From a bacterium (GTDB taxonomy: Bacteria > Electryoneota > Electryoneia > Electryoneales > Electryoneaceae): DNA of 64,000 nucleotides. The position numbers were made by a program, and so were the translations under genes. The stretch lies in contig OY769902.1 in NCBI GenBank assembly GCA_963669175.1, positions 1,271,240 through 1,335,239 of the forward strand, written 5' to 3'. The notes beneath the pieces were generated by a model, which saw only the letters and a list, made by a program, of their open reading frames with translations, was not told where the DNA came from and made no database searches. This document shows positions 43,260-51,483 of the stretch, one piece after another; the stretch's first letter is position 1, and every line of letters starts with the position of its first letter.

Positions 43260-44392
43260 CCGTGTCCCTCGTAAATCCGCGGCACTCGTGTCGTCCAGCC
43301 GCATAATATCTCGTATGCAATGGTCTGAGCGTGGCCTGCAAGCTCCCACGCTCCAATTCGTTCTTCTTCCTGTCGTCCGATCAGGACTGCTTCCGCGCCC
43401 ACCGAATGCTGGTCTTCACCCAGCCAGACCATGAGCTGATCCATGCTGATATTCCCGACGACCGGGTATCGTTTCCCCCCGATCAGCACATCGGCACGAT
43501 TGGATAAAATTCGCGGGTATCCATCACCGTAGCCTACCGGAAGCGTTGCCAGCCAGCCGTCACGCGGTGCGCTCCAACTATGCATGTAGCCGACGCCCAT
43601 GCCCTTACGGATACCTTTGAAGAATACTACTTCCGTCTGTACGCTCAGCGCGGGCTTCAAATCCCATTTCCCGTCCAGGTGTGGCCCGGGACCGTAGCCA
43701 TATAAGGTAAGTCCCGGTCTTACCATGTCATAGGTGACATTTTTCAGGTTATACAGTGAAGAGCTGTTCGCAAGATGCGCCAGCGGCACTTCCAGCCCTT
43801 GTCGCTTCAGGTTGTCCAGAACTTCCTGGAACATTTCATGTTGACGCATGGCCAGCTCGACATCCGGCCCCTGGGCACGTACAAAATGGCTGAAAATGCC
43901 GACAAGGTCCATGTTTGGCATCTTTGCCACACCCAACGCGTACGCTACGGCGTTCTGCACACGTACACCGATACGGTTCATGCCGGTGTCCACCTTCAGA
44001 TGCACACGTGCAATACGGTTCATCCGTTGCGCTTCTTCAGAAATCTGCTGTGCTTTATACAAGCTGGAAGCCGTCATGTCCAGGTGATAATCAAGGAAGT
44101 GCTTCACCTGGTAACCAACCAGTCCGCCGAGGACAAGGATCGGCGCTTCGATCCCGGCCTGACGCAGTTTGATCCCCTCTTCCAGGAAAGCGACGCCGAA
44201 AAAGTCGACACCCAGGTCCGCGAATTTTCGGGCTGCGGGCACCAACCCGTGTCCGTAAGCGTCTGCCTTCATAATCGCCATAATCTTGGCGTTGCCCGTG
44301 TGCTTACGCACTTCCGCAACATTGTGCGTCAGGGCATCAAGGTCAATCCGCATGTGTGTCGGACGTAAACGATAGGTTATACTCATGTTCAT
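43238..44392 (-). CDS. alr: Alanine racemase
   Basis: 384-aa ORF with the PLP-lysine motif AIMKADAYGHG and the C-terminal VPRIY motif. Confidence 0.93.
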   Translation of the reverse strand: MNMSITYRLRPTHMRIDLDALTHNVAEVRKHTGNAKIMAIMKADAYGHGLVPAARKFADLGVDFFGVAFLEEGIKLRQAGIEAPILVLGGLVGYQVKHFLDYHLDMTASSLYKAQQISEEAQRMNRIARVHLKVDTGMNRIGVRVQNAVAYALGVAKMPNMDLVGIFSHFVRAQGPDVELAMRQHEMFQEVLDNLKRQGLEVPLAHLANSSSLYNLKNVTYDMVRPGLTLYGYGPGPHLDGKWDLKPALSVQTEVVFFKGIRKGMGVGYMHSWSAPRDGWLATLPVGYGDGYPRILSNRADVLIGGKRYPVVGNISMDQLMVWLGEDQHSVGAEAVLIGRQEEERIGAWELAGHAQTIAYEILCGWTTRVPRIYEGHGWKPYSS

Positions 44393-44541
44393 CCCGGGTT
44401 ACGGCTGCGTTCGAAGGGGACCCACCCGGTCAAACCAGCCCGTTCGGATGATAATGTATCCAGAGTCCATTCGCAAAAGCTGAAAGCAAACAGGCTCGGC
44501 TCGCAGACTGCTCCGGAAAATGGGAAAAGCCGCTAAAATCC

Positions 44542-44796
44542 AAGTTGTGGCAGGTCTTGACGCGGCCGTTATGAATTCTCCCTGAGAGGTTTTCCATGGC
44601 AACCAAAGATGCCAATCAAATCACGAATCGCGACTACCGGTCGCGTTGTGACCTGCCACCAGCCGCTGATCCCTTTTACCGTCAGGTCACAACGTGATGC
44701 AGAGCGAATATCCATGGAGATAGCAGGCAAAATACTTGTCATACACCTGAGGATGCTGAAAGATCTCGAAATCTGCATCACGTCAAGACCTGACGG
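44542..44796 (+). repeat. Family A diverged core (A5), no TIRs
   Basis: It retains box i 44542-44563, box ii 44641-44660, box iii 44680-44700, ATAGCAGGC 44720-44728 and box v 44775-44795. The inter-box sequence is unrelated to A1-A4. Confidence 0.8.
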
Positions 44797-44803
44797 AACT
44801 TTA

Positions 44804-44844
44804 AAAAACGGGATAGACCACTTCGGGTCAGTCCCTGTTTTTCG
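44804..44844. repeat. Expanded dyad box hairpin
   Basis: AAAAAACGGGATAGACCACTTCGGGTCAGTCCCTGTTTTTC; compare 763-801. Confidence 0.75.
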
Positions 44845-44848
44845 TCAA

Positions 44849-44877
44849 TAAAAAACCCTCGACCAGTGGCCGAGGGT
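44849..44877 (-). terminator. Rho-independent terminator
   Basis: On the minus strand, CCCTCG-GCCACTGGT-CGAGGG is followed by TTTTTTATT, 22 nt after the stop at 44899. Confidence 0.7.
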
Positions 44878-44898
44878 ATGGATAGCAACTGGGAAAAT

Positions 44899-45366
44899 CT
44901 ATTGTCTGGCGTCTTCAGGCGCCGGATTGTTTTTCTGTTCACGGATCAGTTTACCCAACCCGGCAATATCATCATAGAGTTTTTCAATAGCGGTCATGGG
45001 ATCATTCAGGTAATCTTTACGGCTCACCACATTGTCCGCGGGTTCACGTGACCCGGTTTTCCAGTGATAATAGCTGAAGGGACGTAACTGGGCCGCTTTG
45101 ATCACCGACTGACGTGTCCAGGCCTCGCCAAGCTGGGCAACACCTTCATCCATCGCACGTTCAAACAGCAAATCGGATACGATGAAGAAACCTTCCACTC
45201 GGGAACGCAAACTCGTTTCCTGATCTACTCGATCTATTGGCATTACTTTCTTCAAGTCTTCAAGGAAATCCTGTGGATCCTGTGACCCGTTTATAAAATC
45301 TTGTGCTGCAGCACGCAGTTTGTCAATCTGTTCCTGTGTCGCAAAGTAAAGTTTCTGGTCCGACAT
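44899..45366 (-). CDS. Hypothetical protein
   Basis: The track ORF runs to 45435; ATG 45366 (MSDQKLYF..) is preceded by AGGAGGAG. No family recognised. Confidence 0.6.
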   Translation of the reverse strand: MSDQKLYFATQEQIDKLRAAAQDFINGSQDPQDFLEDLKKVMPIDRVDQETSLRSRVEGFFIVSDLLFERAMDEGVAQLGEAWTRQSVIKAAQLRPFSYYHWKTGSREPADNVVSRKDYLNDPMTAIEKLYDDIAGLGKLIREQKNNPAPEDARQ

Positions 45367-45743
45367 AACTCCTCCTATTCGTATCCGGCCTGATGCCGGC
45401 GCTGCAAATGCTTCCGCCTCCTCACAAGAAGACACTTGCCGAATGAGTCAACTTGCACCTACCGGTCAAATAAGTCCTAAGGTTGATTCAATTCTATAAA
45501 GCCAGATAGTGAAGGAAATTACACAAATCAGTGGTTTTATGAGGGTTGCAATATCTCAGAATGTATGTAAGTCAAGTTAAGCAATTGTTTTTACTTGCTC
45601 TAACTCGAGTGAATAGGGCATTCAACCATCAATACTTGTTTTTCTATATCAAATATACACCACCAACAGGAGAAAACCAATCACGACTAAGGCAATACTG
45701 CGAAACTTGAGAGTAAAAAGTGCGTAATTGTTGACCGTCCACT

Positions 45744-45771
45744 AAAGAAATACCCGGCCGAAGCCGGGTAT
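45744..45771 (-). terminator. Rho-independent terminator of the aminopeptidase gene
   Basis: On the minus strand, ATACCCGGC-TTCG-GCCGGGTAT is followed by TTCTTT. Confidence 0.65.
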
Positions 45772-45796
45772 TCACAGTGGTGCTATTGAGGAAATA

Positions 45797-46963
45797 CTAA
45801 GGTTTTACAAAGAACGGGTCCAGAGAAAGCGCCTCGTCCAGAATCTCGCGACCGTCCCTGGTCACCAGGACCATATTTTCAGTCCGGTAAGCGCCTTCGC
45901 CCTTTTCATACATTCCCGGCTCAGAGGTGACAATCATACCGGCTTCCAAGGTGATGCCCTGGCTGAACGGGATACCGAAATCATCCGCGCCTTCCGGTAA
46001 TGGTGTCAGACGCGGCAGCTCATGCACATACGCGCCGCCGGTGCCATGACCAGCGCCGTGGAACGGCTTTTCAATCCCGGCCGCACGCAAGCCATCGACA
46101 TACGCTTGACCGGCCAGGTTGGACGGGAATCCGGGCTTGATCTCTTCGATTACCGCCTGCATCCAGCTTTCCTGTAGCATCTTCATGCCCTGCACCAGCG
46201 GCGGCAGCTCGTCAGTCATCACAACCATACGAGTCATGTCGGTGCATACGCCCTTATACGTGATACCCCAGTCCACCAGCATGACTTTGCGATTCTTCAG
46301 CAAACGTGGTTCATGGGTCATGTCCGGGTGCGGTGTATCCGCATCACCATCCGTGGCTACCAGGGAGTCAAAGGACACGCCTTCGCCGCCCAGTTCGGTG
46401 CCGTATTCTTCGAGACGATCACGGAAGCCCAGGTCCGTAGCTGTATCCCAGTTCTGCGGCAGCCATTCGTCAACCATGTAACGGAACTGACGGATCGCGA
46501 TATCCACCGCTTCACGGATCAGGGTTAGCTCCAGGTCGCCCTTGATCATGCGCAGACGGTCAATAAATCCCGGCGGTACATCCAATGCTTTCACATCCAG
46601 CATCTGGGGCAGTACCTGGTAAATATCGAGCGCCATACCACGTGTATCGAGGACCAGCATCTCCGCGCCACCGACCAGTTCCTTCAGGTCCGGATAACGA
46701 TGCGGGTGCTTTGCCGCCCAGATGAACGGTTCCACGCCGGGGATTTCCGGGATACGGTTCTCGTAACGACCATCGGTGATAAACCAGCTTTTCTCCTGAC
46801 CGACGATAACATGAGCGTCTTTCTGAAAATCCGGAGCTATTCCTGTAAGCCATCCCACATTGGACGGATCAGTAACCAGCATCGGGGCGCCGTTCTTCTG
46901 TTCCTTGAGCGCGTCACGGACGCGGGAAAATCGTTCCTGTAATAGTTCTACCGGAGCCGGCAT
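45797..46963 (-). CDS. Xaa-Pro aminopeptidase / M24-family peptidase
   Basis: The track ORF runs to 47041; ATG 46963 (MPAPVELL..) follows GAAGGAG. It has a creatinase-like N-domain and an M24 metal-ligand region (VDWGITYKGVCTD, HGAGHGTGGAYVHE, SEPGMY). Confidence 0.85.
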   Translation of the reverse strand: MPAPVELLQERFSRVRDALKEQKNGAPMLVTDPSNVGWLTGIAPDFQKDAHVIVGQEKSWFITDGRYENRIPEIPGVEPFIWAAKHPHRYPDLKELVGGAEMLVLDTRGMALDIYQVLPQMLDVKALDVPPGFIDRLRMIKGDLELTLIREAVDIAIRQFRYMVDEWLPQNWDTATDLGFRDRLEEYGTELGGEGVSFDSLVATDGDADTPHPDMTHEPRLLKNRKVMLVDWGITYKGVCTDMTRMVVMTDELPPLVQGMKMLQESWMQAVIEEIKPGFPSNLAGQAYVDGLRAAGIEKPFHGAGHGTGGAYVHELPRLTPLPEGADDFGIPFSQGITLEAGMIVTSEPGMYEKGEGAYRTENMVLVTRDGREILDEALSLDPFFVKP

Positions 46964-47288
46964 GGTATATCTCCTTCTATCTATGCAAGTGAATGGTAAA
47001 AATGTAACCACAGAATTATTAAGATGAGGGATACCGAACAAATATGCAAGAGGCTGGAGTGGAGGTAGTTCTCTCTCGCCATGTTATATGATTTGTGCAT
47101 CGAGTACCCCAAGTAGTGCTTTGATATAAGTACCTCATTTTCTTCCATATATAAGTCGGGTGGCCCTGTACGTTTCGAACAGTATTGCAAAAGAGTGCAT
47201 GGCCCGATTTGCCGGTGTTGAAACATGAATCTCTCAAAATGCTGACAACACGTGTGAGTCGTCATCCTGTGATGCGGGCATTAAGCAA

Positions 47289-47332
47289 GTCGGGATTGGA
47301 GATGGTCGGGATTGGAGTCGGGATTGGAGATG
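47289..47332. repeat. Short tandem repeat GTCGGGATTGGAG(ATG) x 3
   Basis: GTCGGGATTGGAGATGGTCGGGATTGGAGTCGGGATTGGAGATG. Confidence 0.85.
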
Positions 47333-47536
47333 GGCTGTGTAGAGATAGAGTGTATTGTTCGTCTGTTTTTCTGGATCGGTCCACTGGCAGTATTGAAAGA
47401 GTCTCACAGTTACATTTGGGTTTAACGAATCAAGAGCCTATATTGGACAGGTTGAGAGGCCGGGCGGAAGGGGTCCGGTTGGAGGAACGCCCCACATCTT
47501 CGGGGTGCGCATCCCCGCGACAACCTGGAGATTCAT

Positions 47537-49969
47537 GTGAAGCGCGCAACTATGACAGGTTCAACACGTACGGTTCTATACACAGCTCTGTGGACCGTAG
47601 TGGTTGTTCTGTTTCTCACTCTCCGGCTGATCCATCAGGGGTTTGTGCTGACGTCACCTCCCGGAAACATCCTGATCATCGACTCCAAGTACTATTACCA
47701 GTGGGCTCAGCAGATCGCCGGTGTGCTGGTGTTTGAGCTGCATGACCTGCGTGATCCTTCCGGTCTGGCAACGAAACTGCAAGACCCGGGTGATCCGGTG
47801 GGGCAGTATATCTTCGAAAATCTGCAACCCCAGACAAAGCAGATGCTCGAGGTTCATGGCGGACGTTCCAAAGCGACTCCCATGCTGCACAAGGCGCTGG
47901 TTGATGAAATGAACCGGCTGCTGACGGATGATCACTTTTATGATGAAGAGCGGTTTGCCGGGGTCGATATTCCTATCGCGATCAAACAGCTTGCGGCAGG
48001 CCACCCCTCCGGACGGGAGTTGCATCGCGCCAACAGGGGACTGCTGGAAGCCAGGTACAAGTATATTTTCCGAAGCAATCGTTATATTCGCACTCCGAAC
48101 GGTTTGGGGAACACGGTATTCTTCATGAGTCCCCTGTACCCGGTGTTTATAGCATTGGCATTAAAGCTGAACGCCCTGCAAACCTTGTGGTTCCAGGTTT
48201 ATCCTTCCGGCATTAACACAACCATGTTGCTGCAACTGCTGCTTTCCCTGGCAACACTGGGGCTTATCGGCCGATATGCAACTCGTCGTTTCGGGCCTGC
48301 GGCAGGAGTAATAGCCGGATTGCTGTATGCGTTATACGGTCCATCGATCTACTATGACAATATCCTCCTGTCCGCAACATTAATCCTGTTCCTGACCATG
48401 ATCGCCCTAACCTTTATAGACCTGTTCCTGGAGAACGGGCGTCGCTGGCCAATCGTGTTCGCCGGGTTGGCAATCGGGCTCTCTGCGCTGGCCAGGCCAT
48501 CCGCGTTGATCCTTCTCGTTGTGTTCGGGTTTATTCTGGTCAGAAAGTGGAAGAGTTACGGCGTTGAACAGTTGGGTATCCTGATTGCGAGCACAGTCAT
48601 CGTCATTTTCCCGGCGTTACTGCGCAACTATCTCCACGGCGGCGAATGGTATATCACCACCAACTCGGCCGGGGTGAACTTCTATATCGGCAATCATGAA
48701 GAAGCGATAGGGTTATACAAGGAACCGCCCTTCCTGTCCAGCGCGGAACCGGCATTTGAGGCGGCCGACTACCGGCAGGAAGCCCAGAATCGGCTGGGTG
48801 AATCGTTGAGTGTGTCGGAGGCGTCAAATTACTGGTTGAAGCAGGGGCTGGGATTTGTAGCCAAGCACCCGGTAAGCTGGCTGAAACTGGAAGGACTGAA
48901 GCTGGCCTATTTCCTGAACCGGATCGAAGCGCCCAACAATGTGAGTTATTATGGTGTGCAGGAATACTCCGGTGTTTTACGTGCGCTCGGCTTCTTCAAC
49001 TTCGGCATTCTGGCTCCGCTGGGACTGGTCGGCCTTTTTCTGGCGAGGAAAGAAGAGGGCTGGGATTTTGCTGTCGCGCTTCTGGTTGGTTACCTGCTTG
49101 TGGCGCTGCTGTTCTTCGTTGCCGGTGAATATCGTTATCCGGTCATTGGGGTGCTGTTTGCCTATGGCGCCGGTACGCTGACCCGAACCTATGCCCGGCT
49201 GAAGAACCATGAAATCGAGCGTGCCCAGTGGGCCATGATTGGTGTGCTGGCCATGTTGATGGTATGCAATATTCCCTGGCCCACCATGAAAGAGTTGCGT
49301 TCGCCCAGAATGGACTATTTCAACTGGGCGTCCGTATCCTTCGCGCAGGGCGACATGGCCAATGCCAGCCTGCTCTTCACAGCCGCTATCGCGTACGATC
49401 CGACATGGATCGAACCTCATATTCAGCTTGCGCAGGTTTACGATGCCTGGGGGGTGAAGGATCTCGCGGACCAGGAATATGCCGCGGCCGGGATCACACG
49501 CGATGAACTGAACAAAGCGCGTGAACAGGAAGAATTATCCAGCCTTCTCCCGGATTCGCTGACGACTGATGGCGGCTTTGATGATGTTACCCCGGAGCAA
49601 CTGGCGGTTGTTGGCGCACGCTTTAACCAGATCGGAAAATTCCGGCAGGCTGTGCTGGTCTTACGTGAAGCGGTTAAACGAGATTCCACCAACCTGGATG
49701 CGCGTTTCCATTATGCCTTTGCCCTTGAAGCGGCCGGCGCTCAGGCTGACGCTGTGGATATTTATTTTGCGCTGGAACGAAAGCGTACCGATGATCCCCT
49801 GATTCCGTTCAGAATTGCCTGGTCGTATTATGCCATGGGGAACTATGGTACGGCCATGACTACGATGAATCGTGTCAAGGAAAAGGTGGACAAACTTCCG
49901 GACGAAGAAAGCCGTGAGCGCTGGTACGAGATTATCAAACGCACCAAAGAAGCGTTTATGAATTATTAA
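47537..49969 (+). CDS. Polytopic membrane glycosyltransferase-like protein (GT39/ArnT-like) with C-terminal TPR repeats
   Basis: 810-aa ORF with a GTG start and about 10 or more TM helices arranged as in PMT/ArnT-type enzymes. It has a C-terminal TPR-like region (ASLLFTAAIAYDP.., FHYAFALEAAG.., AWSYYAMGNYGTA). The family call rests on architecture only. Confidence 0.55.
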   Translation: MKRATMTGSTRTVLYTALWTVVVVLFLTLRLIHQGFVLTSPPGNILIIDSKYYYQWAQQIAGVLVFELHDLRDPSGLATKLQDPGDPVGQYIFENLQPQTKQMLEVHGGRSKATPMLHKALVDEMNRLLTDDHFYDEERFAGVDIPIAIKQLAAGHPSGRELHRANRGLLEARYKYIFRSNRYIRTPNGLGNTVFFMSPLYPVFIALALKLNALQTLWFQVYPSGINTTMLLQLLLSLATLGLIGRYATRRFGPAAGVIAGLLYALYGPSIYYDNILLSATLILFLTMIALTFIDLFLENGRRWPIVFAGLAIGLSALARPSALILLVVFGFILVRKWKSYGVEQLGILIASTVIVIFPALLRNYLHGGEWYITTNSAGVNFYIGNHEEAIGLYKEPPFLSSAEPAFEAADYRQEAQNRLGESLSVSEASNYWLKQGLGFVAKHPVSWLKLEGLKLAYFLNRIEAPNNVSYYGVQEYSGVLRALGFFNFGILAPLGLVGLFLARKEEGWDFAVALLVGYLLVALLFFVAGEYRYPVIGVLFAYGAGTLTRTYARLKNHEIERAQWAMIGVLAMLMVCNIPWPTMKELRSPRMDYFNWASVSFAQGDMANASLLFTAAIAYDPTWIEPHIQLAQVYDAWGVKDLADQEYAAAGITRDELNKAREQEELSSLLPDSLTTDGGFDDVTPEQLAVVGARFNQIGKFRQAVLVLREAVKRDSTNLDARFHYAFALEAAGAQADAVDIYFALERKRTDDPLIPFRIAWSYYAMGNYGTAMTTMNRVKEKVDKLPDEESRERWYEIIKRTKEAFMNY

Positions 49970-50008
49970 TTGACACAGTTCGCTATTGCCCCGGATCCAG
50001 TTTTCAAG

Positions 50009-50037
50009 TTGTCATATTAAAGCTCAGACAGTATAAT
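50009..50037 (+). promoter_or_regulatory. Candidate sigma-70-like promoter
   Basis: TTGTCA-17 nt-TATAAT lies 74 nt upstream of the activator gene start. Confidence 0.4.
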
Positions 50038-50110
50038 GCGATGAAAACATTGAAAACGCAGTATATCCGGACTGTGTGCAGCCTTTCCACGGAATTGCCG
50101 GGGCAACTTC

Positions 50111-51481
50111 ATGCAGAACCTTCGCATCCTGATAGCCGATGATCACGCGGATGACCTGTCAGCGCTCGTAGCAGGGCTTGAACAGGGTGGCGCCTTCGTA
50201 CATCTGGCCGAGAATGGCGAGGATGCGCTGGAGAAAGCTTTATCCGGAGAATATGACGCCCTGGTCACTGAGCTGGTCCTGCCCCAGTTGGGGGGCAAGG
50301 AAATCGTGCAGACCCTCCTGCAGGAATACCCTTCGTTTCCCATTGTCGTGTTTACCCGTTACGGAACCATGGATGATGCCTTCAACCTGGCAAGGATGGG
50401 GGTAAAGGTATTCGCACGGAAGGATGACAACTCGGATGATCTGGCGGATAAAGTGCTACAGGTCGCTTCCGGTGAAGAGATTGATGAGGCCGGGGAAAAG
50501 GCGCCGTTCGCCAGGAAACTGCCGTTTTCCCAGTATATGTCCCGCAACGCCCAGATGACATCCATTTTCAATACTGCCATTGAACGTGTTGCTCAAGCGC
50601 CTTCAACCGTGTTGATCACAGGTGAATCTGGCACCGGGAAAGAACTGCTGGCGAAAACAATTCATCACTTCAGCCCACGTGGCGACCAGCCGATTGTGGC
50701 GGTTAACTGCGCTGCGCTGCCGGAAACCCTGATCGAAAGCGAACTGTTCGGGCATGAAAAGGGATCTTTCACCGGCGCTATTAACAAACGAATCGGTCGT
50801 TTTGAACAGGCCAGCGGAAGCACTTTTTTCCTGGATGAAGTTGGTGACCTATCGCCTGTTGTGCAGACCAAGCTGCTACGGGTGTTGCAGGAACGTACGA
50901 TCGAGCGAGTCGGCGGCAATACCCCAGTGCCTGTGGATATTCGCCTTGTGGCAGCTACCCATCGTGACCTGAAGAAGATGGTGCAGGAAGGTGACTTCCG
51001 TGAAGACCTGTACTATCGTCTGAGTGTCATTCACCTGCAATTGCCGCCCTTACGTGAACGCAAGGAAGACATTCCCGGCCTGGCCCAGTTCTTCCTTGAA
51101 CGATACCGTGATAAAATCGGCCGGCCGGATATGTCGTTCTCGTCCTATGTTGTAAAGGCTTTTCAGCAGTATCCCTGGCCGGGCAATGTGCGTGAGCTGG
51201 AAAATGTGATCGAAGGCGCGGTGGTGATGTCGCCCGGGCCACGCATTGAATTGCGTGATCTTCGTGAAGATTTCCAGAATATCTCAGAACCCCAACAGGA
51301 TGATCTGTCGCTTCGAGATGCCCGTGCCAGCTTCGAGAAGGATTTCATTGAAAAAGCGCTGCGCAAGCACAGCGGGAATGTGACTGCGACATCCGATGTG
51401 CTGGGCATCGCACGAAAGAACCTGCAGGAAAAGATCAAACGCTACAACATTGAAGTGGATAGCATACGCGAAGAGAGCTGA
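50111..51481 (+). CDS. Sigma-54-dependent transcriptional activator (NtrC family) with atypical receiver (Glu54)
   Basis: 456-aa ORF with a receiver, an AAA+ domain ([24 protein letters not shown]) and a Fis-type HTH. The phospho-acceptor position reads YDALVTELVLPQLGG. Confidence 0.93.
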   Translation: MQNLRILIADDHADDLSALVAGLEQGGAFVHLAENGEDALEKALSGEYDALVTELVLPQLGGKEIVQTLLQEYPSFPIVVFTRYGTMDDAFNLARMGVKVFARKDDNSDDLADKVLQVASGEEIDEAGEKAPFARKLPFSQYMSRNAQMTSIFNTAIERVAQAPSTVLITGESGTGKELLAKTIHHFSPRGDQPIVAVNCAALPETLIESELFGHEKGSFTGAINKRIGRFEQASGSTFFLDEVGDLSPVVQTKLLRVLQERTIERVGGNTPVPVDIRLVAATHRDLKKMVQEGDFREDLYYRLSVIHLQLPPLRERKEDIPGLAQFFLERYRDKIGRPDMSFSSYVVKAFQQYPWPGNVRELENVIEGAVVMSPGPRIELRDLREDFQNISEPQQDDLSLRDARASFEKDFIEKALRKHSGNVTATSDVLGIARKNLQEKIKRYNIEVDSIREES

Positions 51482-51483
51482 TC

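Noticed and set aside
43260-43349. N-terminal 30-aa extension of lysS given by the ORF track.
   Set aside because: The extension overlaps the alr coding region and has no LysS-like sequence. The internal ATG at 43259 gives the canonical N-terminus.
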